The notes: generated from the sequence alone by a model not told the origin. A stretch of DNA of 64,000 nt from Chloroflexota bacterium (GCA_027364875.1 DAHXON010000001.1:20567-84566); one strand, 5' to 3'. Shown: positions 1 through 8,982, numbered from the stretch's first letter. A program made the numbers and translations.

Positions 1-935
1 CTCTCCTGGGTCAGAACGTCAACAGCTACGGCCACGACCTGCCGGCCGAGGCACGCTTCGGCCATATCCGGACGGAGCGCTCCGCCGGGCGGCGGCTGGA
101 TCTGGTCTCACGGCCGGACCTCGCCGAGCTGCTGTGCGCGATCGACGGCATCCGCGACGCGGACGGCCGCCCGGCAATCTCGCGCCTGCGGTTCATCACC
201 TCGCATCCGTGGGATCTCTCGGACCGGCTCATCGAGGCGATGGCGAGCTGCGACTCCGTCACGGAGCACCTGCACCTGCCGATCCAATCCGGGGACGACG
301 CGATGCTCCAGCGGATGGGCCGCCAGTACACGGTCGCGCACTACCGCGAGCGGCTGGAGCGCATCCGGTCCGCGGTCCCGGGCATCGCCGTCTCCACGGA
401 CGTGATCGTGGGCTTCTGCGGCGAGACCGAGGAGCAGTTCCAGGCCACGCTCCAGGCTCTCCGGGACATCCGCTTCGATACCGTTTTCGCCGCGGCCTAC
501 TCGCCCAGACCCGGGACGCCGGCGCTGCGCATGGCCGACGACGTGCCCGCGGATGTGAAGCGCCGGCGGCTCAACGAGCTGCTGTCGGTCCAGCAAGGGA
601 TCGGCCTCGAGCTCAATCGCGCCTGGCTCGGACGTGACGTGGACGTCCTCGTCGAGCGAGTCACCCCGCAGCGGCGGGTGAACGGCGCCGTTGACGAAGA
701 CGCGACCGACGACGACGGCGAGTCCGTGGGCGTGCCTTCGCTCGCGGGTTCGGCGGGCGAGGGGAGTGTGGCCCTGGCAGGCCGGACGCGCCACAACAAG
801 CTCGTCCACCTCGCCGGACGCCCGGAGCTCGTCGGAAGGTCTGTGCGGGTGCGCGTCGAGTTCGCGGGTCCGTTCGCGCTGCGTGGCCGCGTCGTCGACG
901 GGACCGCCCAGACCCACGCCAGCGCTGCCTCCTAG
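1..935 (+). CDS. miaB: tRNA methylthiotransferase MiaB, C-terminal portion (5' end outside window)
   Basis: Frame is open from the window edge to TAG 933-935. Radical-SAM/TRAM MiaB motifs [37 protein letters not shown]. miaA follows 3 nt later. Confidence 0.9.
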   Translation, partial: LLGQNVNSYGHDLPAEARFGHIRTERSAGRRLDLVSRPDLAELLCAIDGIRDADGRPAISRLRFITSHPWDLSDRLIEAMASCDSVTEHLHLPIQSGDDAMLQRMGRQYTVAHYRERLERIRSAVPGIAVSTDVIVGFCGETEEQFQATLQALRDIRFDTVFAAAYSPRPGTPALRMADDVPADVKRRRLNELLSVQQGIGLELNRAWLGRDVDVLVERVTPQRRVNGAVDEDATDDDGESVGVPSLAGSAGEGSVALAGRTRHNKLVHLAGRPELVGRSVRVRVEFAGPFALRGRVVDGTAQTHASAAS

Positions 936-938
936 AAC

Positions 939-1871
939 GTGGCCGCGCCGCCGCCCCTGATCGTCCTGGCCGGTTCCACGGCCACGGGCAAGACGGCCCT
1001 GTCGCTCGAGCTCGCCGCGGCGCTCGGGGGGCGCGGAATCCACTCCGAGATCATCTCCGCCGACTCGCGCCAGGTGTACCGGGGCATGGACATCGGCACC
1101 GCGAAGGCGACCGCCGAGGAGCGGGCGCGGGTCCCTCACCACGGCCTGGATCTCGTCGATCCGGACCGGCCCTTCAGCGTCGCCGACTTCCAGGCATGCG
1201 CCGCGGAGGCCCTGGAGGCTCTCTCGGCGCGCGGCGCAGTCGCCATCCTCGCCGGCGGAACCGGTTTCTATCTTCGCGCCGTGGCCCGCGGACTCGCCAC
1301 CGACGAGCTGCCCTGGGACCCCGTTGTGCGAGGCGGTCTCGACGCGCGACTGGCGGCCGAAGGGCTCGACGCCCTGGTGACCGATCTGCGCCGCCTGGCC
1401 CCGACGCGGGCGGCCGCGGTGGCCCTGCACAACTCCCGGCGCGTCCCCGCGAACGGTCGCGATTTCCAGGGCCCTCACGACGCGCCGCTGCCGGAGCCAC
1501 GCGGCTACGGCCGGCCGGTGCTGTGGCTGGGTCTCCGCGTAGAACCCACGACCCTGCGCGAACGGATCCTCGCCCGCGCCCGGGCCCAGTTCGACGCGGG
1601 CTTGATCGACGAGACGGCGGGGCTGATCGCCCGCTTCGACCCGACCGCGCCGAGCTTCTCGGGGATCGGCTACGCCGAGGCCATCGGCGTCATCGAGGGC
1701 CGACTGACCCGTGAGGAAGCCGTCGCGCTCGACGCCCACCGGAACGTAGCCTTCGCCCGTCGCCAGGCGACCTGGTTCCGCCGCGAACCCGACATCCGCT
1801 GGCTCGACGCCACGGACGCACGCCCGCTCCAGGACGCCCTGGCGACCGCGATCGCGTACCTGGAGGCATAG
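939..1871 (+). CDS. miaA: tRNA dimethylallyltransferase MiaA
   Basis: GTG start. P-loop GSTATGKT and the ISADSRQVYRGMDIGTAK motif. Canonical miaB-miaA-hflX neighbourhood. Confidence 0.9.
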   Translation: MAAPPPLIVLAGSTATGKTALSLELAAALGGRGIHSEIISADSRQVYRGMDIGTAKATAEERARVPHHGLDLVDPDRPFSVADFQACAAEALEALSARGAVAILAGGTGFYLRAVARGLATDELPWDPVVRGGLDARLAAEGLDALVTDLRRLAPTRAAAVALHNSRRVPANGRDFQGPHDAPLPEPRGYGRPVLWLGLRVEPTTLRERILARARAQFDAGLIDETAGLIARFDPTAPSFSGIGYAEAIGVIEGRLTREEAVALDAHRNVAFARRQATWFRREPDIRWLDATDARPLQDALATAIAYLEA

Positions 1872-1921
1872 CCTCTCGAGGCCGTCCGGTTCCCGGCGCG
1901 CTTCGGCTATCCTGCGCGGGT

Positions 1922-3244
<1,323 letters not shown>

Positions 3245-3266
3245 CAAGCCCGCTGCCGGCTTGAAC

Positions 3267-3307
3267 CGCGATTCCGTTCGCTTCCGTCTCCGCGATTGCC
3301 CGTTCGC
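3267..3307 (+). repeat. Direct repeat CGCGATT(N0-2)CCGTTCGC x2, 24-nt period, just after the hflX stop
   Basis: cgcgattccgttcgc at 3267-3281 and cgcgattgcccgttcgc at 3291-3307, read directly from the sequence. Confidence 0.5.
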
Positions 3308-3362
3308 ACCCTCCGGGCGACCCAGAACATCCGTTCTCATACAATCGCCGGAGCCCGAGACT

Positions 3363-3392
3363 GTCCACTACCCGTGTGGGCGGGGAGTGGAC
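3363..3392 (+). other. Strong extended hairpin GTCCACT-a-CCCG-tgtggg-CGGG-g-AGTGGAC in a long non-coding region
   Basis: 7 bp + 4 bp perfectly complementary arms read from the sequence. No T-run follows, so it is not a canonical terminator. Confidence 0.6.
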
Positions 3393-3427
3393 AACCTTCA
3401 AAATGAACGGCCGTGCGGCCAAAACTG

Positions 3428-3561
3428 GTGGATAAGCCTCTTCCTGCGGGCCGCTCCGGACCGTACATTTCGTCTTGCCCGGAGGGGCCAGCGAGATCGA
3501 ACACCAGACCAGCGGTTTCAACTGAAACGGTGAACGGTCTTCGCAAAAGTCTTCGGATCGG
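3428..3561 (+). ncRNA. Copy A of a conserved structured non-coding element (candidate cis-regulatory RNA/sRNA) upstream of ppm1
   Basis: Shares ordered blocks with copy B: GTGGATAAG-N3-CTT, TCT-N-GCCCGGAGGGGCCA, CGAAC, TCTTCGGATCGG. No plausible ORF. Local GC ~60% by hand count. Exact RNA ends unknown. Confidence 0.5.
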
Positions 3562-3905
3562 CAACGGTCCAAGGACCGAGCGATGATCAGGATCCGCGGA
3601 AGGCGGAATGTAGAGGGTTTGGTGGGCGGTTCCGGCAGTGGCCGGAGCGCGGTCCGCCGTTCGAGCGAGAAGTCTTCGGACTCCTTGCCCACGGTGGTCA
3701 GAGCGGCCAGCACACGCGGATCCGTTTCCCGATCGAGACGGTTCCTCCGGGCGCTTTTTTGTGCCCGGAAGACGCGGAGTAGGGGACGCCCGCCGGGCGC
3801 AGTACCGACGCCGGCAGCAGCGCCATCCCGGCCGCGCAGGTCGCCGAGCGGGTAGGGGACAGACGGGTTATCCTCGGCCGCGTCCCAACGAACGCAAGGA
3901 ACGAG

Positions 3906-4661
3906 ATGCCGCCCGTCGCCCCAAGCATCTGGATCATCGTCCCGACGTACAACGAGCGGGACAACGTGGGTCCGATCACCGATGCCATCCTGCAGACCGT
4001 CCCGCAGGCGCACGTGCTGATCGTCGACGACGGGTCTCCGGACGGCACCGGCGAGCTCGCGGACGAACTGGCTCGAGGCAATCCCGCGATCGCGGTCCTG
4101 CACAGGACGCAGAAGCAGGGCCTGGGTCGGGCCTACGTCGCCGCCTTCGAGGAGCTTCTCGCCCGCGGCGCCGACGTGGTGGTCCAGATCGATGCCGACT
4201 TCAGCCATCCGGTCCGCTTCCTGCCTGGCCTCCTGGAGCCTCTCGTGAGCGACCGGGCGGACGTCGTCCTGGGATCCCGCTACGTCAAGGGCGGTCACAT
4301 ACCTCGCTGGAACCTGGTCCGGCGCGTCGTGAGCCGGGGCGGCAGTCTGTTTGCCGGCGTGGTCCTCCTCATGCCGTACCGCGACCTCACCGGGGGGTTC
4401 AAGGCGTGGAAGGCTTCGGTCCTGCGGGACATCCAGCTCGATCGGCTGCACGCCGGCGGCTACGCCTTCCAGATCGAGACCACTTTCCGCGCCCGACTTG
4501 CCGGGGCTCGCGTCGTGGAGGTGCCCATCACCTTCGAGGAACGACGAGTGGGACAGTCGAAGATGACCATGGACATCTTCATGGAGGCCTTCCGCCTGGT
4601 CCTGGCTCTTCGCTTTACCACGCTGCGTCGCCGCCAGAAGAGCATCTTTCCGCTCCACTAG
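3906..4661 (+). CDS. ppm1: Polyprenol-phosphate mannose synthase (GT2, Ppm1/Dpm1-like, catalytic domain only)
   Basis: IWIIVPTYNERDN, VLIVDDGSPDGT, VVQIDADFSH, GSRYV, GGFKAW motifs. AAGGA RBS 6 nt before ATG 3906. Confidence 0.88.
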   Translation: MPPVAPSIWIIVPTYNERDNVGPITDAILQTVPQAHVLIVDDGSPDGTGELADELARGNPAIAVLHRTQKQGLGRAYVAAFEELLARGADVVVQIDADFSHPVRFLPGLLEPLVSDRADVVLGSRYVKGGHIPRWNLVRRVVSRGGSLFAGVVLLMPYRDLTGGFKAWKASVLRDIQLDRLHAGGYAFQIETTFRARLAGARVVEVPITFEERRVGQSKMTMDIFMEAFRLVLALRFTTLRRRQKSIFPLH

Positions 4662-4792
4662 TCCGTCGTACCCGGGGTCCCCGCCCTCAGGACGCACGTT
4701 CTCTTTCTTGCAGCGGTCGCCTTTCCGGGCGGCGATGGCTGTGCAGCGATCGTGGATGTCGGCCTCGTGGACCCGCATCTTTCTCCAAACTC

Positions 4793-4916
4793 GTGGATAA
4801 GGTTCTTGGCGGCGAGACCGCCCTGACCTAGAGTTGTCTCTGCCCGAAGGGGCCACGGACAACCGAACGACTCGACCGATTCTCGGATCGGGCGAACGAT
4901 GCGGAACCGAGGTTCC
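4793..4916 (+). ncRNA. Copy B of the conserved structured non-coding element, upstream of the GT87 gene
   Basis: Same ordered blocks as copy A (4793-4807, 4837-4855, 4864-4868, 4880-4891). Hairpins at 4808-4822, 4833-4863, 4876-4891, 4903-4916. Confidence 0.5.
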
Positions 4917-4940
4917 TTCGGGCGTTCTTGTATATCGCAT

Positions 4941-4982
4941 GCGGCCCGCCGAGGCACCGAGCGCCGGCGGGCCGCTTTTTTT
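4941..4982 (+). terminator. Rho-independent terminator (11-bp perfect GC stem + T7)
   Basis: GCGGCCCGCCG (4941-4951) pairs with CGGCGGGCCGC (4965-4975) around a 13-nt loop, then TTTTTTT at 4976-4982. Confidence 0.85.
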
Positions 4983-5049
4983 CGTCGCCTGCGGCCCGCG
5001 CCCCGGCGCTGCTAACATCGGCATCCTTCGACACCTTGCAGGAGGGAGC

Positions 5050-6411
5050 ATGGCGAAGATGGAGGCCCCGGCGGCGCCGAGCGCGCCCGCGGCGGGAGCC
5101 CGAGGGATATCGGGCGCGATCGCGTCATCGTTGCCGGCGAGTCGGGGAGCTCAGTTCGCCTGTCTCGCGGTCGTGGCCATGGGGATCCCGCTCGCGTGGT
5201 GGGTGATCTCCACGGTCGTTCGCGGCGGCAGCAGCTTCAACGACTACCACGACTTCTACTACGCGGCGCGTCTGATCACTGAAGGCCGTTCGCCATACGA
5301 CATGCACGCCCTCGGACAGCTGGCGACCTCCGAAGGTCAGAAGTTCGTCGTGGGGACGGGCTACTCGTACTTCCTGCCGTTCGCCGTCGCTCTGATACCG
5401 CTGTCACTTCTGCCGTTCACGGCCTCGGTCCTTCTCTTCAACGCCCTGGGGCTCGGACTGTTCGGCGTCACCGTGGCCGCGTGGATCGGCTGGGCGCACG
5501 GTTGGTCGACCGAACTGTTCGGCCGGCGTATCGTCCTCGCGGCCGCCGCCGGGCTCTACCCGTCGGTCTACGGAACGATCGCCAACGGGCAGGCCAACCT
5601 CGTCCTGATGCCGTTCCTGGCGCTCGGTACGGCCGCCGTGCTCGAGAGCTCGACAGGTCGGCGCGCCTTCACGGGCGGCATCGGTGTCGGCCTTGCGGCC
5701 GTCGTCAAGCTCACGCCCGGCCTCTTCGTCGTCCCGTTGGTGATCGCCCGTCGAATGAGCGCCGTGGTGGGGATCGTCCTGGGGATCGCCGGTGCCATTC
5801 TGCTTGCTGCCCTCGCCGTTCCGTGGGCCGGAGAGGGGAGTGGCGGCCTGCTGGCGCTCCTGGATCCCGACCCCTACTTCACCAACCAGTCGATCAACGG
5901 CTTCGTCAGCCGCCTGGTCTTGCGGTCCTCGCGAACCCTGCCGCTCTGGGACCACGCCTTCGACGCCCGGCTGGCGGCCTTCGCGGCCACCCTGACACTC
6001 GCCCTGGCGACCCTCGCGATCCTCTGGGCCGCACGACGGTCGCTGCAGGGCAGGCGCGGCCTCGCCCTCGGTCTGGGCCTTGCCCTGGTCGCAGGCTTGC
6101 TCGGGGCCCCCAAGGGCACGTACTGGAACCAGCTCTTCCTTCTCGTGTCCGCCGGCCTGTTGCTCGCCGTCGAAGCGCCCGATCTGCGGATTCGCCGCCT
6201 CGGCGCACTAGACCTCACGCTGCTGTGCGCATGGCTGGTCGGAACTTCGCTCCAGACCTACTTCTGGATGTATCCATTGCCAATGGCCGGCGATTTCCCG
6301 GCCCTTACGACTCTGCTGACGTCGAGCTCGATCTACGGCGCGCTCGCGCTCTGGCTCGTCCTCGCACGCGGACTCCTCGCGTCGCCGCGTCCGCCAGAGG
6401 AGGGATGGTAG
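5050..6411 (+). CDS. Polytopic GT-C mannosyltransferase, GT87/DUF2029 family
   Basis: GGAGGGA RBS at 5041-5047 then ATG 5050. Multi-TM protein with the NDYHDFYYAARLITEGRSPYD loop typical of DUF2029. Sits next to ppm1. The longer ORF start at 4834 is rejected because of the terminator inside it. Confidence 0.75.
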   Translation: MAKMEAPAAPSAPAAGARGISGAIASSLPASRGAQFACLAVVAMGIPLAWWVISTVVRGGSSFNDYHDFYYAARLITEGRSPYDMHALGQLATSEGQKFVVGTGYSYFLPFAVALIPLSLLPFTASVLLFNALGLGLFGVTVAAWIGWAHGWSTELFGRRIVLAAAAGLYPSVYGTIANGQANLVLMPFLALGTAAVLESSTGRRAFTGGIGVGLAAVVKLTPGLFVVPLVIARRMSAVVGIVLGIAGAILLAALAVPWAGEGSGGLLALLDPDPYFTNQSINGFVSRLVLRSSRTLPLWDHAFDARLAAFAATLTLALATLAILWAARRSLQGRRGLALGLGLALVAGLLGAPKGTYWNQLFLLVSAGLLLAVEAPDLRIRRLGALDLTLLCAWLVGTSLQTYFWMYPLPMAGDFPALTTLLTSSSIYGALALWLVLARGLLASPRPPEEGW

Positions 6412-6640
6412 GAGCGGAGTTCTCGCGTCTCGCGGGGTGGCCCGAGCGCGCGACCTAACTACCGATAAGAGAGGTTATGTCCGTTCTGGTACGATTCTCT
6501 CCACAGCCGATGCTCCGGGGCGATCCGGCAGGCGCGTCGACGCGGTTCGAGGCGGTCCCCCGCGGGCATACTCCGAGCCCGATCGTGAGCCAGCGAAGGC
6601 CGAGAGCTTCCGCCGGCGCGGCGTCCATACATGGACGTTC

Positions 6641-6675
6641 GGTCGGTCGCGCAGGACGCAATCGCGCGACCGACC
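6641..6675 (+). other. 12-bp perfect hairpin in the 5' region of the SnoaL-like gene
   Basis: GGTCGGTCGCGC (6641-6652), 11-nt loop, GCGCGACCGACC (6664-6675). Confidence 0.6.
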
Positions 6676-6711
6676 CCTTCGGACGGGCGTCCCCGCCCAG
6701 AAAGGTACCGC

Positions 6712-7101
6712 ATGGCATCTCCAGAGCAGAACAAGGCCGTCGTCCGGCGCTTCATGACCGAGGTCCTGGAGGGAGGCAACCTCGATCTGGTCGATGCGAT
6801 CCTCGCTCCCGACTACGTCAACACCAGCATGGGGAATGTGGATCGGACGGCTTTCAAGGCAATGCTGAGCGCGCTTCGGTCCGCCGGCATGACCTTCACG
6901 ATCAAGGAGCTCGTGGCCGAGGGCGACGCGGTAGTTGCTCGCTTCACGGTCACAGTCACCCAGGCCGGCCAGAAACAGTCCGCCATGGGCTTGACCTACT
7001 ACGGGCTCGTGAACGGCAAGATCGCGGTCGACGAGCCTCTCAGCTCGCCCGACCTCGGGCAATTGCTCGCACCGTTCTTGGCGCAGATGGCCCACGCATA
7101 A
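6712..7101 (+). CDS. SnoaL-like ester cyclase family protein
   Basis: N-terminus MASPEQNKAVVRRFMTEVLEGGNLDLVDAILAPDYV matches the predicted ester cyclase / SnoaL pattern. Start taken at the internal ATG preceded by GAAAGG. Confidence 0.75.
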   Translation: MASPEQNKAVVRRFMTEVLEGGNLDLVDAILAPDYVNTSMGNVDRTAFKAMLSALRSAGMTFTIKELVAEGDAVVARFTVTVTQAGQKQSAMGLTYYGLVNGKIAVDEPLSSPDLGQLLAPFLAQMAHA

Positions 7102-7124
7102 ACGGGCATCGACTCGATGACAAG

Positions 7125-7167
7125 CCTCCCCTCGCCCACCAAGGTGGACGGGGGGAGGTTGTTGTTT
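7125..7167 (+). terminator. Rho-independent terminator after the SnoaL-like gene
   Basis: CCTCCCCTCGCCCACC / GGTGGACGGGGGGAGG imperfect stem followed by TTGTTGTTT. Confidence 0.7.
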
Positions 7168-7236
7168 ACTGAGGCTGTGTTGAGTTTGACTAGCGGCCGC
7201 CCCTGATCTCGATCTCAGGACACCTTGTCGGTTCGG

Positions 7237-7272
7237 TTGACAAGTGCGCAATCGTGCGTATGATCGTACGCA
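7237..7272 (+). promoter_or_regulatory. Near-consensus sigma70/SigA-type promoter with an overlapping inverted repeat; predicts a leaderless transcript
   Basis: TTGACA (7237-7242), 16-nt spacer, TATGAT (7259-7264). ATG 7272 lies 7 nt after the -10. IR TGCGTA (7255-7260) / TACGCA (7267-7272). Confidence 0.6.
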
Positions 7273-7745
7273 TGAAACGCATCGCCGAGTCAGGTCCTCA
7301 GGTCGCCTATCAAGCGACTGATCTCGCGCGCCATCACCGAGCCGTCATCGATGCCGCGCGTTCGGGCCACGCGCTGCTGCGCGATAAGGACGGAACCGCC
7401 CTGGTCCTCGCGCCCGCCGCGGACATCGATCGTACGTACGACATCGCGGAGCTCGCCCTGGAGCTGATTCGCGCCAGGCAAGCGGTGGATCGAGAAGCTG
7501 GACAGCGTTCGGCTGGGCTATACGGGGATCTCGCATGGCTCACCGTCCTGCCTGACGACGTCCAACGACGGTGCCTTGACGAACTCGCGGACGCGCTGCT
7601 CGTCGCCTCATCAGGTATGTCGTTGCGACCGGTCGAGCTGCTGCTGGGCGATTGGCGGGCGACCGCAGAGGCGTGGGCAGACCCGCTCACGCGCGAAGCG
7701 CTCGAGGCAGATGAGGCCGCTCCGCTAGTAGACACCGAACTCTAG
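7272..7745 (+). CDS. Phd/YefM-like type II antitoxin with a long helical C-terminal domain
   Basis: N-terminus ATDLARHHRAVIDAARSGHALLRDKDGTALVLAP resembles the Phd/YefM fold. Located upstream of a RelE/ParE-like ORF. Start moved to ATG 7272 because GTG 7254 lies inside the promoter. Confidence 0.55.
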   Translation: MKRIAESGPQVAYQATDLARHHRAVIDAARSGHALLRDKDGTALVLAPAADIDRTYDIAELALELIRARQAVDREAGQRSAGLYGDLAWLTVLPDDVQRRCLDELADALLVASSGMSLRPVELLLGDWRATAEAWADPLTREALEADEAAPLVDTEL

Positions 7746-7861
7746 GATCACGCGTTCCGACGCCGAAGCCGCCGGTTCGCCGGAACACGCCGCGCCCGGC
7801 CGCCCCACCGTGGACTGTCAGACCCGCATCCGCTCGAGCTCAGAACGAGTGGGAGCAGGCT

Positions 7862-8116
7862 ATGGCAGCAGAACCCGAGTTGATGTCGGCCCTGCGTGAA
7901 CGCCTTCGATTGCGTCCACTGGATCGCTCGGACAATCCCAATCGCACGCACCAACTCAGGCCGCCGTTGGCGGAGAAGGTAATCGGCGGCAAGCGTTTGC
8001 CGCAGTGGCAACACGAAATCACCAGCAGTGGGCGGGTCTTCTATTGCCCTGGCCCGGCTGACATGGTCGTTTGGGTGACCAGGGTCGATCTCGCGCACCC
8101 GAAAGAGACCGATTGA
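7862..8116 (+). CDS. RelE/ParE-family type II toxin (putative)
   Basis: 84 aa. C-terminal pattern WQHEITSSGRVFYCP...VVWVTRVDLAHPKETD resembles the RelE/ParE core (W.h.i..yR..Y......v.v..v.H). GGGAGCAGG RBS. Confidence 0.55.
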   Translation: MAAEPELMSALRERLRLRPLDRSDNPNRTHQLRPPLAEKVIGGKRLPQWQHEITSSGRVFYCPGPADMVVWVTRVDLAHPKETD

Positions 8117-8242
8117 GCAGCCTCCCACGAAATGCCGTCCGGACAAGGTCTCGCGCGGGCCGCAACGCCGGCCACGGAGCGATGGGCCGCCCGCCGGGCT
8201 CGGCAAGATAGGGCGAACGGCCGCACCGCATCGGAGGCGAGG

Positions 8243-8803
8243 ATGGGCAAGCTGGTCTACCTGATGAACGTCTCGCTCGATGGCTTCGTCGAGACTCCCG
8301 ACCACTCCCTCGACTGGAGCCTCGTCGACGAAGAGACCCACCGCTGGTTCACCGACCGCTCCCGCGAGACGGATGCGTTCCTTTACGGGCGGCGACTGTA
8401 TGAGGTCATGAACGCCTACTGGCCGACCGCCGAGTCCGACCCGTCTGCGACCGACTACATGCTCGACTTCGCCCGAGTCTGGAACGCGACGCCGAAGATC
8501 GTTTTCTCGACGAGCCTCGCCCGCGTCGATGGCAACAGCCGGCTCGTGAGCGGTGATGTCGGCGACGTGCTGGCGCGGCTACGGGCCGAATTCCCCGGCG
8601 AGTTGAGCGTCGGCGGGCCGACGCTGGCCGCCCAGTTCATCCGGCGCGGCCTGATCGACGAATACCGCATCGTCGTCCACCCGGTCATCCTCGGGGCAGG
8701 CCTGCCGTTCTTCCCCGGGCTCGAGAAACCGGTTGGCCTGCGACTCATCGAGACGCGGCGGTTCGCGTCGGGCGCCATGTATCTGGGCTACGTTCCGGTG
8801 TAG
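8243..8803 (+). CDS. Dihydrofolate reductase-like protein (RibD C-terminal domain family)
   Basis: MGKLVYLMNVSLDGFVETPDHSLDW...LYGRRLYEVM...GGPTLAAQFIRRGLIDEYRIVVHPVILG. Confidence 0.8.
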   Translation: MGKLVYLMNVSLDGFVETPDHSLDWSLVDEETHRWFTDRSRETDAFLYGRRLYEVMNAYWPTAESDPSATDYMLDFARVWNATPKIVFSTSLARVDGNSRLVSGDVGDVLARLRAEFPGELSVGGPTLAAQFIRRGLIDEYRIVVHPVILGAGLPFFPGLEKPVGLRLIETRRFASGAMYLGYVPV

Positions 8804-8982
8804 CCTCGGCGCCGGCGCTGCCGCCAGGCGGCATTGACGCCAACTCCCGAGGTCATGGCCGCACGAATGGCCCATGTTCGGTGCGCGCGGCGGCGTTCAT
8901 CATGATCGGCCGTGACCGGGCCGTCTCCGCTCGGTGGTTTTCGGCCGTCGCCGGCTCCGTCCAACCGAGAGGGAATGCCCTG

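Noticed and set aside
3428-3436. GTGGATAAG (also at 4793-4801) is the reverse complement of CTTATCCAC, an 8/9 match to the DnaA box TTATCCACA. This raised the possibility of an origin of replication.
   Set aside because: There are only two boxes, 1.3 kb apart. No dnaA/dnaN/gyrB neighbourhood, no AT-rich unwinding element and no cluster of boxes. High-GC actinobacterial boxes are usually TTGTCCACA. The blocks are better explained as part of the larger shared element.
3245-3905. Tested the long spacer by eye against RNase P RNA, tmRNA, SRP RNA, 6S RNA, and the cobalamin, glycine and c-di-AMP (ydaO) riboswitches.
   Set aside because: The signature strings are absent or in the wrong order. There is no GAGGAAAGUCCGGGC ... 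ACAGAACCCGGCUUA pair and no GGUAAGAGCGCACC. There is no tRNA-like 3' end with a T-arm and CCA, and no tag ORF. There is no GGUCCGGAAGGAAGCAGC-type SRP helix 8. A lone GCCACTG on the minus strand lacks the rest of the B12 core. The GCCCGAAGGGGCCA stretch only superficially resembles the glycine CACCGAAGGGGCAA.
4834-5049. An in-frame TTG 4834 would extend the GT87 protein by 72 aa.
   Set aside because: The extension would contain the 11-bp/T7 intrinsic terminator and has no TM or family features. ATG 5050 has a strong GGAGGGA RBS at ideal spacing.
6477-7172. 231-aa ORF beginning after an AGAGAGG-like sequence in the 6412-6711 spacer.
   Set aside because: The translation is Arg/Pro/Gly-rich with no motifs, and it overlaps the well-supported SnoaL-like gene in another frame.
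7254-7271. GTG 7254 (the longest-ORF start), or ATG 7260, as the antitoxin start.
   Set aside because: Both lie inside or across the -10 hexamer of the near-consensus promoter (7237-7264). ATG 7272 fits a leaderless start.
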